64,000 bases of DNA from Marsupella aquatica (taxonomy: Eukaryota; Plantae; Marchantiophyta), in NCBI GenBank assembly GCA_973895155.1, contig OZ316898.1, forward strand, positions 19,727,292 to 19,791,291, read 5' to 3'. The notes beneath the pieces were generated by a model that saw only the letters and a list, made by a program, of their open reading frames with translations, had not been told where the DNA came from and did no database searches. Below are positions 37,690-50,324 of the stretch, piece after piece (the first letter of the stretch is position 1; every line of letters begins with the position of its first letter). The position numbers and the translations under genes are program-made.

Positions 37690-38785
37690 GGTAAAGTAAC
37701 CCCAGATCCTTTGCCCATTCATTTCAGCCTGGGTCTCGATCTCAGGACAGATTTGATGGCCGTTTGATGACTGTCAACATAGATTCGTGCTACCACGCTG
37801 CAGCATCGTGGCAATTCCTTCTACAGACTAATGAACACAAGGTTGAAATTTCTGGACCTAGAGCTTGACACTAGAAACGTCTGGCCTGCTACTACGTACG
37901 TATGGGCCAGAGATTCGTCTGTGCTTTCGTCTTGAATGCCAATTCAGTGCATTTGCATGTCACTGAACCTGTCACGGGAGTTAGCGGCCATAAAGCTTAC
38001 ATGAAGCTGTTTACCATATCCCGGGGTCGATCAACACCCCTCAACCTGTAGTTCCAGACTGTCTTAACTCCACAGGTTCCATATTGCTCTTAATACTGAA
38101 GCCTTAACAGTCGACTTTAGCCTAGAGAATGCAGGGAAAATGCCTGCGACTACTGATAAGTTTTTAGACTGCGGGAACCTTCAGCGAACCGTCGTCACGA
38201 GAGCCGTCTGAATCAAACGACTTATGTCAACGAGTTTATCTTCCTCTGACTTATGTCAACGAGTTCATCTACCTCTGCCATCTGAGTGCCACTAGACAGT
38301 ACCGTAACAATAACTATGGCAGGGCCTGACGTACTTTTCGCTCCTTTCTCATAACTATTTCTGGGATGATGTATACTGAACCAAAAACAGTCGCAATGTG
38401 AGTTATATGTGGTACGATATGCCAGCTCGATCACTTGCAAAGAAATGATTAAAAAAGATTGTATGAACGGGCCCGCAAGACCAAACGTTAAGCTGACGAG
38501 CGTTGGCGAGCCGGTCCACAGTTAGAAGAAAGAGTCCGCTAACTTCGAGAGGGACTACTTAAACCCATGCAGGAACTCGCATATATCTCATTCCTTGGCG
38601 GCTCGGCCTTCCACCATTGTCATCTTCGGAGGGAACTTGCATCGCGCTCTTCTCATGGTGGCTGGAATCAGGAGTGATCTTCGGAGGGCACTCGCGTGTA
38701 CGTAGCTCATTGGTGGCGTCGAATCAGGAGTTGAATCAGGTACAACTCGACAAGGAGGCCTGCTCGAGATAGCGAAGCTACTTAG
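37690..38785 (+). repeat. Left arm of a ~1.1-kb diverged inverted repeat (right arm ~43435-44500)
   Basis: Colinear reverse-complement matches, e.g. ggccataaagcttacatgaag, tgtggtacgatat, gaatcaggagtgatcttcggagggcactcgcgt. Confidence 0.85.
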
Positions 38786-39111
38786 GGAGGTTTACGTACT
38801 GTAGATTTGTAACACTCATCCAGAATTCAGAAAAATTTAAGCTAGAGAATACGTACTTTCTGTTCATGTTGTCTATGACAAACTAATGCCACGCTTATTA
38901 CTGTGCGCTTATTAATCTATTTCATTTATCATATACGCTAGTGGTCTCACTGCTCGTAACAAGTCCTTGGAATGGATGTACATAGTTTTAGCTCGTGGAG
39001 CAAGGTACTTGTCTGCCAGAGTAGCTATGTGGTTCCAAATTTATTAACAAAAGAAACTTACAGATGGCTCGTGTTAAAATTCTTGCAGGGCCTTTTGGCA
39101 GTTTGTGAAGG

Positions 39112-39729
39112 ATGGGGAGCTTGGTCGGCCCAAAAGGTATCATGCACGCGTTACTGCTGTTATTTCTATTGCAGCAGTCCTCGACCCTCGTCGGGGCATA
39201 CGTTGATATCACTTTCTTTGAGAGCACTTCGAGATGCAGTGGCCTCGGCTCCTCCTGCAGCGGTATCAACAGCGATGTATGCTGTTTTTCCAGCGATGGG
39301 ACCGGTGCTGTGGCGGTCACAACGAGCTCTGGAGCTGGTTGCCTCGGAGCCAGCTACTTCACTTATGGAGGCTGCACGCAAGGCAACTATATAGATTCGA
39401 GCTTTGGCAACTACTGCTTCGACGATCCAGGTTACTCGAACGCTGAAGCATTCTGGTTCAACTCATGTCAGAATCGACGCCGGTCACTGCTAGGTGGACT
39501 TGAATCTAAGGCAACAACTTGTACTGGCCAAATGAAGCCCAATGCTGTTGTCTATACTGAAGATGGTACGAAGGGCCACTGGATACTCACCAGCTCCAAT
39601 ACAAGCGAGTTGTACTCGCAGCTCAAGAATGTCAATGAGGCTGAGCGATTGGTTTGGATCAAATCTAAGGGTGCTAGTTACAAAGCACTTGATTCGAAAA
39701 TGCAGCTAGCAAGCGAGCAGCACGATTAA
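39112..39729 (+). CDS. Secreted Cys-rich protein of unknown function (205 aa, intronless)
   Basis: Signal peptide ending LVGA; 8-Cys domain (C-x6-C-x7-CC...), RRR site, then a second domain CTGQMKPNAVVYTEDGTKG. Confidence 0.8.
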   Translation: MGSLVGPKGIMHALLLLFLLQQSSTLVGAYVDITFFESTSRCSGLGSSCSGINSDVCCFSSDGTGAVAVTTSSGAGCLGASYFTYGGCTQGNYIDSSFGNYCFDDPGYSNAEAFWFNSCQNRRRSLLGGLESKATTCTGQMKPNAVVYTEDGTKGHWILTSSNTSELYSQLKNVNEAERLVWIKSKGASYKALDSKMQLASEQHD

Positions 39730-41893
39730 GCATCTATATAGTTATGTATACAGCGGTGATTGCTAGTTACACATAGATGTGTTTGGCTGTAACCAGACTC
39801 TCAAGGTCGTCGGATACTGGATGTATATTAACACGAAATATAAATAAGAGCTTGTCTTGTCGTTGTAAAATTGGTACAGTCTCTTGATTCGAGGGCAGCC
39901 AAATTCCCATGATCGAACCGACACAAGTGTATTTGAATTAGGATACTGCAACAAACCAACAGTTTGCCTGAGAAAGCGCAGATTGCAACGAACAACAATA
40001 GAATTAAATGAGGCATCATTTGAGTTTCATCAAATAGGACGTTCAAGCGCCATGAGATGGGTTTGGTTTCCATTCCATGCTATACAACCCACGAGTCCTT
40101 CCCCGATTTTCTGCGGCTGAAGCGCAAACTTAATGATGGTGCGCACACACATATACTTAGTAATCGGATCAGGTACGTGAATTTCATTACGTCGGTAGTT
40201 ATATATGTATGCGGTTCAGAAAGTTGTGGAAGTTATATTTACTCCAGGAGTTGGGTAGTCTCTTGGGCCTCGACAAACCAACCCGTAATGACTTTAGACT
40301 TGGAGCACGTGCCATGGGAAATCCATGCTAAAGAGCTACAGAGAGTCGTACCGGCTGTAATAATGTCCTGGTTGCTTCATCTATAGACGAATCTATATAC
40401 TGCAAACGACATTATTATAGCTAACGGCTCAGTCTGATAATCTGATCGACAGGCCGATACTCTCTCCCTCTCTCTACACAGTTTTTCTGCGAATCTCCCT
40501 CACCCTCCCCAGAGAAGACTGTAGAGTGAGGTCCGGCGTGCCACGATAGAAGATGGATCAAACGTGCCACCCCACCCGGCCCGGCCCATCCATCAGATCG
40601 ATCGGACCATCAAATGAAATCGTCCAAGTTATTGGGGCCCGAGTAGTCGTGGTCCCAAAATGATGGAATGTGCTGCCGCGTTCGGACTTCCTTGTTTTCT
40701 CTTCCCCGCTAGATCTTACCGTCGTCGTTCTCGGCTAGACGGGCGGAACTAGTCGTAGCATGATCGTCGTTTCAAATGACGATTCGGCCGGCTGGCCAAG
40801 ATTTGCATTCCTTTATTAATTCTATCCGAATTAGCAAATTTCGACCTTCGATTCACAACTTGGACGGCTCGATAACTGGAACATGAACAGCAGCAAGAAC
40901 CGCAAAGTCATGCAGTCAGTGTCTGGACACCGGAGAGGGCGGACAATGAAGGAGATCGGGCACCGCGGGCTCTTTCTGTTCCATTGATTTCGGTAGCAGG
41001 CGATCAATTCAGCCCCATTAATTTCAATGTTGAATGAATTGGTCACAAGCAGTACTAGGCAAACGACATGGGAGCCGGAAAATGTGGCAACGGACACGCA
41101 TGCTTGTAAACCATCGTGAACGGGTCCAATGGTCTATGATGTTGTTCCAGCTCCAGCTCCAACTGCGACTAGTGCGAGACGGTTTTGGTCGAGCTAGTGA
41201 CCTGTGTTGTAGAACGGGAGCTGGCCAGAGCTGCATGGGTCAGTGATGGTGTTTCAGCTCCAGCTTCCTCTCGATCAATCGTAGGCACAGAAGAACGGAC
41301 GTCAGCCTTGCTCAATGCGTGGAGTAATCTATTTGTCAAAGATTTTGTGTACTAGGCATTCTGCCGTATTGATCGCACAGGCACTCGGACTGAGTCCCTC
41401 GATCACTTGCCCAGCTCGAGCTCGGGAGTTGCCTTTCGCGCGCTGTAAACGATTCAGATGATCGATCAACTTCTTAAATATTCTTGTCGATCGATCGGAC
41501 GACTGCTCTCCCACAATCTCTTGATATTGGGATGCCTGCAGGTTTACGATTGGTCGGATGGTTTACTCCTTTCGAGATATCGTTCCTGCCTATGTAAACA
41601 TCCATGCCAGCATCATTCTACGTACGCGTGTAATCATTCTGCTTGTGGATTTTATGTCGAAGCTATTATTCCATAAGACACATGCTTGAGGTCGCATTCA
41701 ATCTACTGTTCAGGCGATCGATGCGATTCAAGTTCTTCTCTTTTAGGAGCTCTTTAGCCGTGTAGTTCAAAGCAATTGAAGAAGAAACCGATCTTCGTAT
41801 TAATTGCCGCCTCTTAACATTCATAGTCGATGCTCTCGAACAAAATACAGGAATATATACATCGCTGCAGATCAACCTGTCCAGCATTTAACC

Positions 41894-42541
41894 ATGGTGA
41901 GCAACGTGCCTGTTGCTCGGATACTTAGCGCAGCTGCTGGAGTCATACTAGTGCTATGGAATGTCTCTACGGGGTTGGCCCAACTCACACCGACAGTGCC
42001 AATATTTGTGAGCGGGAGCGCGAAAATCACTTTGACGAATGACACTTTCACGGGGCGCACCACTGTGATTGCGCTGACCTCCCCGCGCTATGCTTACGAG
42101 CTCGCGTTGATCCAAGATGGGTTCGGGAGGGACACGAAGTTCCAGTATTGCTGGGCGGAGGTCCACGACACAACCACGGGGTCCAACTTAACGTGGCGGG
42201 CACCTTGCAATCCTATCAAGGTCGATGAATGTTCGCTGGTACTCACTTCGGATGGCGATTTCCGCCTCGAGGTGGCGTCTGGCAGTGCAACAGCTGTGCC
42301 ATTCCTGAGCGGCACGGGTGGCGAGGGCGTGGTCGACGTCCAGCTCACAGATCAGGGAGATTTGATGCTCGTCAAGGCCGACAGCACCCCGGTTTGGCAC
42401 TCTTCGGATAATATCCAGAGGCAGGAAAAGTGCAAGGAGGCGTTCCATCCGCCAAATGGTGCCCATCGGACGAGATTGGCATGGTTCGGTGTGGCATGCT
42501 CAATCGCCCTTACTATCATGGCTCAGATTTTCTCGGAATAG
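41894..42541 (+). CDS. Secreted bulb-type (GNA-like) lectin-domain protein, probably GPI-anchored
   Basis: Signal peptide; LTWRA..CSLVLTSDGDFRL..SGTGGEGV..VQLTDQGDLML....PVWHS; small residues (NG A) followed by a C-terminal hydrophobic tail. Confidence 0.75.
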   Translation: MVSNVPVARILSAAAGVILVLWNVSTGLAQLTPTVPIFVSGSAKITLTNDTFTGRTTVIALTSPRYAYELALIQDGFGRDTKFQYCWAEVHDTTTGSNLTWRAPCNPIKVDECSLVLTSDGDFRLEVASGSATAVPFLSGTGGEGVVDVQLTDQGDLMLVKADSTPVWHSSDNIQRQEKCKEAFHPPNGAHRTRLAWFGVACSIALTIMAQIFSE

Positions 42542-43434
42542 ATACCAAGCTCTTGCCCAATTCGATACACCTAGTATTGTGTAAAGACGTGCTTGCGACC
42601 AGATTTAGCTCGGGGCATGCTCAATCGCCCACTATCACGGCTTAGATTTTCTCGGAATTAGATACCAAGATCTTGCCCAATTCGATGCCACCTAGCCCAG
42701 ATTTAGCTCGGGTTCCATCTTTCCTTGTCTATGGTGACCTCGATATGCTGATCGAGTGAGCAAAAATTTGCCCGAACGGTACGTCCAATGGCGTGGCAAA
42801 TTTACGTCGTCTTCGAGAGTAAATTCACACAAGGGATCGGTGCTGCAGAATTCTCAATTAAAGTGAGATACTATATATGGCGTTCACATCTTATTTACTG
42901 GTTGACATAGTAGATGGCATTAGTTTACTCTATGTACCTTGACTAGTGGATACAACGTAACGGGTAGTTCAGCAGTGAGTATTGTACCCACTGGCAAAAG
43001 CTCCAAACCCTGCGGTGTATTTGTATGGACGAATCCCAAGTGAAGGCCAAGTGCTAGCTACAGTAGTAATTTGATTATGTTCCATGGACCATATTCTGCC
43101 CTAGTTTATTCCTCGGCAACAGCCAAATCAGTGTCAAGAAATTATTGTCAAGAAATTAAAGTTAAGAGCCTTCGGATCGAGACAAACAATGACTTCTGAA
43201 ACCACCAATGTCAGGCTTCATTTTATTCTTTTGTGTCGACCAACCATGGATTACAGTTTTGGATATACACTCTCACCCCGTACGGATAATTTAAGACTCG
43301 CTTAAGATTGTGCAAGATCATCCTCATTCCTATCTTGTCTGTGACTCAGCAGCATAATTGTGGAGAGATGGCAAGGATTCCAATCGGCCTGTCAGATAAC
43401 CAGACTGAGGCACTGTAGCTGTAGCTTGAACCTG

Positions 43435-44500
43435 CGTGTAGCTTCTCTATCGCGACTAGGCCTCCTAGCTTGTTGCGTTAAATACACATTAGATTGGACT
43501 CCTGATTCGAGCCACCAAGAGTTCATCAGCTAGACGCGAGTGCCCTCCGAAGATCACTCCTGATTCAATTCGAGCCACCAAGAGATTGCAATGGTGCGTG
43601 GAAAGCGAGCCGCCCAGTAATGAGATGCGAGTTCTCGGACCTGTATCGGCTTAAGTAGTCCTCCGAAGAGGAATCTACCTGACCCTTTCTTCTAAATGTG
43701 GACCGACTCGTCAACGATTGTTCTTCCGGGTCCATCCAATCTATTAAATAGATATCTGTGCAAGTGCATGAGCTGCAATATCGTACCACAAATAATTCAC
43801 ATTTCGAAAGTTTCGGATCTTAATATATGTGTTCAGAGTCGAATCATTATTGAAAGAGGGCGAAGTACATCAGGCTGCCATCGTTATCGTTATCAATGGT
43901 ACTGTCGATCGGCACTCTGACAGAGATCAATAAACTCATTGACATGATTGGTGTGTTTCAGCTCTAGGGCTCTGGTGACAACGACGCTTCCTCGATATTT
44001 CCCGCATTCAAAAACTGCAGTTCACGGCTGCATTTTCTGGGGTGAAGTCTGTTAAGGCCTCAGTACAGCATTATGGAAGCATTGTGTAACGCGTGGAAAA
44101 AACTCTGGAACTGCAGGTTGAGCGGTGTTTGATCGACCCATGGATATGGCAAACAACTTCATGTAAGCTTTATGGCCAAGAAGGCCTCCACAGAGCTTGC
44201 CAGATGGTCCCACATAAATAGTCCTTCCAGGCTCAGTGACGTGCAAATGCATCTGATTCGCAATCAAGACGAAGGAACACAAGATCTACTAACTAGACCT
44301 GGCCTGTACTGGAAACTTCCAGTATCAAGCGCTGGGTCCAAAACCTTCAACCTTGAGTACATAAGTCTAGAAGGAACTGCCGCGACGCTGCGTGGTGGGA
44401 CTAATCTACACTGACAGTAATCAAATGGCGATCACATGTGTCCGATAAAAATCCAACACTGATAAATGAAAATGGACGAAGTATTTCGGGTTTTCGTTAG
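43435..44500 (-). repeat. Right arm of the ~1.1-kb inverted repeat
   Basis: Reverse complement aligns with 37690-38785. Confidence 0.85.
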
Positions 44501-46637
44501 TAAGGACGTTAATAATGTAATCAAAATTCTTCGATACGATTAGCCTTTGACCTCTACATTTCGAGGTTTTCACTCGCAATGCAAGGAAAACCTCACAATC
44601 ATGACTCAGACGTCAAATGCATTCTGGCCCTTCTCAAGAAAGGCCAAAGAATGGGAGGAAATAGAAATCACGTTGTTATCTCAGACCAAACTGAGTAGAC
44701 CCTGTCATGGTTCTATGAGGTTGCGGGTTGGTTTGCATTGATGTTTCCGAAAACCTGCTCCTTTTCTCACCTCCTTCTCGAGTGACGATATTGTTACTGG
44801 AAAAACCAGATAAATTGTCAGAGCAATGATGATATTGTAATCTTTTTCCCCAGGTCATTTGGCAAGCTCAGCCGCAGTGCATCCATGATCACCAGTACGT
44901 AAGATAGTTTCGATGCTATTCGTTTCTAATACCTTGCTCAACAGATGATCTGTATTACGTATATCTAGGCATCCCTGCAGAGTCAGCTCGGAGCAAGTCG
45001 GATCGGGAGGAGCAAGAATGAATTTTTAAATTTCGGACTGCGTCATGTGTTTTGGTGCGCGACTTGGTAAAGAAAGATGTGGTTTTAGAGGCTCGTGGCA
45101 CTTTGACGATGTGGAGCCATCTGACAATATCCTCCAAATTCTTCCTACAAGGAAATGGGTCAAACGGCTGAGGAAATGCATTAAAAGTGTCCTGCTGTAC
45201 AAAACTCTTCAGTGACACGGGTGACGTTGAAGCTTCTGGTCGATATCATATCGATGGCCCTGTTTCGTGTTCCCTGGACTAGGAGATGTAACATGGGCAG
45301 TTCGCAGCAGCTAGAGCTGCGAACCAGCAACTGTATGTATGGACGAAGATGCCAAGCGCTAAACAACAGTTAGATGGGTATTTGCTCCCGAGAGTTCTTC
45401 ACAATCTTCTGACTCATCGGCTATAGAATGAAAGATATATTTGGAGTGTCTGGAACAGTAAACTACCCTCATAAACATAACAAGTCACCAACAAGTTCAC
45501 AGCTAGATCTGTGTACTACTTGTGGAACCAAACTGTTTTGGCCTTCGGCCGAGAAGTTTCTCGAGGTTAAGAAGAGCCCGCGCCAGAATCTGCTGAACAT
45601 TTTGCTATTAATTAGAGAATTTTGAAGTACTGGTGGACACACAAATCCTCGTCAGCAGTGAGTGTCAGATGGGGAGGGCACTACTTGAAACCTTTGCCTC
45701 GACTTTGCACATTCGCAGGATGCACAAGTTCACAACGGTGACTGTCATTATCGTCTCCAGCGTGTAGATGATGAAATCAACCAAATTTGGATATTCAAAT
45801 ATAATTTCAAGTTCCATTCATCAGAATTCATGGATTTTCAGCGATCTCGGCAGGGCCCATCATAGTTCGACAGACCCACGGAAAGTGCATGTCTTCGCCA
45901 GCCAAATTGTTGGGAGACAATTCTTCGGAAGCAGACTCTGCGTTTATGATGAGAAGAGAATTCCTGGCTGTCTACCCGAGAGAGTCTTCCAAGCGGTCTA
46001 TCTTTGACATTTTCCATCTCTGGAAATGGGAAGTGATGAGACCTAGCCAACTCTCTCTCGGAAAAGTTCAGTCCTCCACCATACAACGCGCACAGCAGTA
46101 TAAACCAAATCGAGGCCCCAGTCACTGTATGCACGAAGGTCAATTCAACTGTAGCAAGAGCGAAATGCCCCTGCATTGAGCTACCCATAGGGGTCAAAAT
46201 CTCTCAGGCTCCACGTTTCTTGGGACCATGACATGAGAAAGATCCTCTCTTAGTCAGCACGTTAATGAGCTGCCCAAACGGAACAAACTACACAAATTTC
46301 GTAGAGGCAGACATCAGAATTGTTGAAACAAAGCTCGAACATTAATGAGAGCTAGACTTCTTCAGGCAGTTTAGTATGCAAACACTGATGAATCAATCGA
46401 CGTCCTATGATGTGTAAGGTCGTGTCTGCTTAATTGATAGGCAACCTTCTGTGTTGCATTTAATGGTATTTCTCACCCGCTTTCTGTCAAAAGGTACACA
46501 CTGCTTCTCCGGAGCCAGAAAGATATTCCAAAAGTGTTTCCTTCCCCTCATGACAGTATTGAAGAAGCGGCGAAGACCCTAGGAGGGCTACTCGAGCATC
46601 TCCCTCTGACTCAGCTCTATCATCTCCAGCCGCTTAA

Positions 46638-49600
46638 TCAGTTCTCTGAACCTTCCAGTCCAGCTTGGAGTTCTTTGGCCTTGTTCAGCGTCTCGAGACA
46701 CTCCCTTTCCATTTCTACGAGTAACATACAAAACTGCTCTGTGTTCCGTACTTCCTGAGAGAAGGCGAAACGAAATTCCCTCCACTTCTTTTCTCCTAAG
46801 GATTGTGATGACAGCTCCTCCTGCTTTGTATCAACAGGCTTGCTTTCTTCAACTTTGGCGAGAAGGTTGATTCCCCACCTATCTGCTGCGAAAATGTAAG
46901 CATCCTGAACACCCGCCAAATGAGAAGTTATTCAGTTCGTGTGCGAAGAGACTGCCAACTGAGAGAGCAGCAACTGAAGGAACCAAAAACAGAACCTAGG
47001 TCTGACTTTGTGGAAAGCAATTCAATAAAACTTATTAGCCACAGAGTAAGGACACAGATATTTTACCTCGACTCGTACGTGCATGTACACAGCACAGAAC
47101 ATGATGAGAGCCAATCTTCGAGTATCATTTTGGTTGATGCCTTCTATAAGTCCGGCTAATGCTGGACCTGGACATAGACACGGTGAAATTGAGAACAAAG
47201 TAAACCCTACCGCAAGCGTTTACTGAAATATTTGTTACCCGAAACCACAACAAAGTGGAAACCTCCCAGAGCTTCTCTCTCAAATACATGGATAGAATTG
47301 TCTGTGCAAAATACTCTACGGAGTGAAAATCATTTCACTCTTAAGCTAGAGTCCAAAGAGTACAGAAAACTTACATAGATGGTCCACAGTAGCAGCAGCC
47401 AGGTCAGTCACTTTCACCTCATGCCTCCCCCCTACCACATCCACATACTCGCACGTCCTTCATAACCCATCACCAATCCACTCATCAACATCGGTAGAGC
47501 ACTCTGTTAGATTCTAGGTGCCATCATTCAAGAGAATTGTAGATGATCATGTAAACCTTTCTGCTAGTGGAAAACCAGTTCCCTGTCTAACAATCACATC
47601 CAGGCTCCAACTAGGTGTCTCCGGACATATAAACTGCATGTTCCCTTGCAAGAAAGCTTTAAAAAGAAAAGGTACCTGGGATTTAGGCTATATATGCTGA
47701 ACTCATCCATGGAGGACTGTATCATTGCATCGAAAGCTTTGAACCTTGCATCAACAGCACTTCCTGCCGCTTTCAAAATACTACGAGTGCAAGGTCCAGC
47801 ATTCTCTACTGCATGTTTAGTAGATGATAGCAACCTCATCACCCTTTTTCTGATGTGTTCCGTCTGCTCTACACCCACCCACAAACTGTGAACTCATATC
47901 AGGATAACTCATCTCGTATTGGGTAGGTCCCGAGCATCGTGAGAGCACCCGTACTACGGGACACGAGAATTCATATGCAGAATTCAAGGAATGTAGACTC
48001 TAAGGACTGCAACATGAACGGCAACAAAAAGTACCTCGGAAGCAGGAATCGGGTCGAAAAGCCCCAGCACAATCACACGTGGTGGAACCTGCATCCTCAA
48101 ACATAGAATTGCTCGTTCACCAAAAGGCTTTTCAACTCACACCTGAATTCAGCTTCCTAGCTTGTCCTCTACCATCCATCGGCTTGTTATATCTTATCAC
48201 AACTATCAAACATTCATCACAAACACGCTCCCAGTAAGACCCCGGGATTTTCACATTCTAGAGTAAAATGAATTGTAACAAAAGACAAACTAGATATTTA
48301 TAAAATTCATTCGTCAATGAGGTACTACGTAGCTTTAGTCGTCCTGATTTAAATTTCAATTACTATTGCACAAATGAATTACAGACTTACATATCCCACT
48401 CCTCTGAAGGCATGGATGAGCGGTCGAGGGTCTGTATGACCAACAACAAGCGATCCTCGATTGTCCATAAGCAAATTCTGTCCAAGGGACCAGAAAACAA
48501 CACACTTATCATCAAGCCTGAAAGTATCCTACGGAGCGGTCATCAGACCGAGAACATCCATAAGTCAAATATAGAATCGGATTAACGACTACAGTAGTGG
48601 CGGCAGTGGTGGGCCTAAAGACTGATGTACTGACAAAAATATTTGATGAAGTAGAGGGGAAAACCATAAAGAAATATGATAGTTTCACTTGTGAACATAA
48701 ATTACGGTGTCCGTGGCATGCTGAAAACTCTCTCAACAAGTTTAAGATATTTGAAACTGACTATGTGAGAGGAAATGGTCTCTTTTCAGTAAGCCAGATA
48801 GTGGAACTTTCCAAGTTGCAGGGAAAGCTTGAAACTAGAGCGGCTGGAAGAAAAAAAATCTCTCATAATATTTTACCATGGTTAGCAAAGGGGTTAAACG
48901 TGATTGGAATATCCTTCCACTCTTTAAGGTTTGAAGGAGTTTGTCATCACTACCAAAATGGAGAATTTTATGTCTGTCCAAAAAAATTGAAAAACAGATT
49001 TACTCTCAAGCAAAGGATGCGCACCGATGCGTGGGGACTGTCATTTGGAAGCCAGACAAGTACTTGTCCGCTAACCAGAGCGTATTGAGCTAAAGATCCA
49101 TGAACTTTTTCTTGGTCTGCATACAAAGGACTGTTCGTTAGTTGGAGGAAGCTGACAGAAACAGGAGACACTTTTGATCAACCATAGTGTAGGCGGAAAT
49201 TCATGATTACCCTACATTCAAGATGCACGTGAGAGGTGACAAATTTTCCAATACCTGGTACCACTGAGCTTAGTTGACCTCGCCAATTGGCTGCAAGAAG
49301 GTTCTGATAATAATCACGGATGTAAGTAACGAGAAATTCTCTCCCAGCTAAGGTACTCAGATTTCTTTCAGGCAAGTAAAAATTCAAGTGTATAAGAAGT
49401 GTGCATGAGATGTAAAAGTGATTAAAACGACCTATAACATGGATTCCACCTTGCATCTCTGAATAAGAGGCAGGCTTGCTTCTTCGTTGACTTTCGAGCC
49501 CTTTCTTACATCTTCAACCAGACCCCTCTCCGTATGAATATGCCCTGCTGGTCAAGGGGAAACCAGGTGGCCAGACACTAAACCAGTAAGTAGAGGAAAC

Positions 49601-49909
49601 ACATAGATTTGTGAATCATGAGCCTGTCGGCAGCAAGCAGATTGATCCTAACGAGTAAGTACACATGGAGCAGAGCTCTCTTCTTCTAGTCAACTACAAG
49701 TAATAGATGAGGGAAGACAATACCATGCAATCAAAATCCTTTGAGGACTTATTCATCCCTGAACCAGAAATTCTACAAGACATCAACTCCAGAATAATCA
49801 ACTGCTGGGGAGGATCAGAATGTAAGAATCACCACTCACGGAAACAAAATGCCCGTGAATTCAGAGGCGTCTTTGCCCTCAGCAGACGCCCCACCATGCT
49901 CTTCGACAT
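46638..49909 (-). CDS. At3g04020-like FMN-binding split-barrel-type protein with organellar transit peptide; exons 49909-49840, 49544-49450, 49303-49255, 49116-49025, 48477-48391, 48088-48035, 47863-47676, 47457-47375, 47167-47067, 46904-46638
   Basis: All nine GT-AG introns are phase-compatible. Motifs QRCKNLLAANWRGQL, NLLMDNRGS, LIEGINQNDTRRLALIMFC, WREFRFAFSQEVRNTEQFCMLLVEME. Confidence 0.85.
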
Positions 49910-50232
49910 AGCTCGATCTCTGCCTCTATCTCGAATTCTTTTTGAGAGTCGAGGACTGTTCCCAATCGTTTCTCGGAACCCCGTTCTACTGACATCAGGG
50001 ATCGTCTCTCCTTGCCGCTGCAGGCTGCTTATTATTCACAAATCTCCTCCCCATCGCCAAACTGCAATCCAAAATGCTGAAACTCTCTCCCTCTGTGAAG
50101 AGAATTGACATCTCCGCGAGCTCGCTCTCCCTCTGTACAGCACTTTGGTCTCTTCTCACCGTCGACCTAACGCCGTCACCGTCCTCCCAGCTACGACGGC
50201 GTCATTATTCGGACGTATTGATATTGACGAGG

Positions 50233-50324
50233 CACAGACGGCCGTCAGTCACCGTTAGAGACTCACAGATGGCTGTCAGTCACCGTTAGGGACTCACAGA
50301 CGGCCGTCAGCCACTGTTAGAAAC
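50233..50324. repeat. 3 x 31-bp tandem repeat in the upstream region of the split-barrel gene
   Basis: cacagacggccgtcagtcaccgttagagact at 50233, 50264, 50295. Confidence 0.85.

Noticed and set aside
44955-46197. Possible additional gene or pseudogene fragments on the minus strand
   Set aside because: Could not build a consistent exon chain or recognise a family
48597-49088. 163-aa plus-strand ORF
   Set aside because: Lies antisense, mostly within an intron of the split-barrel gene; GTG start and no motif
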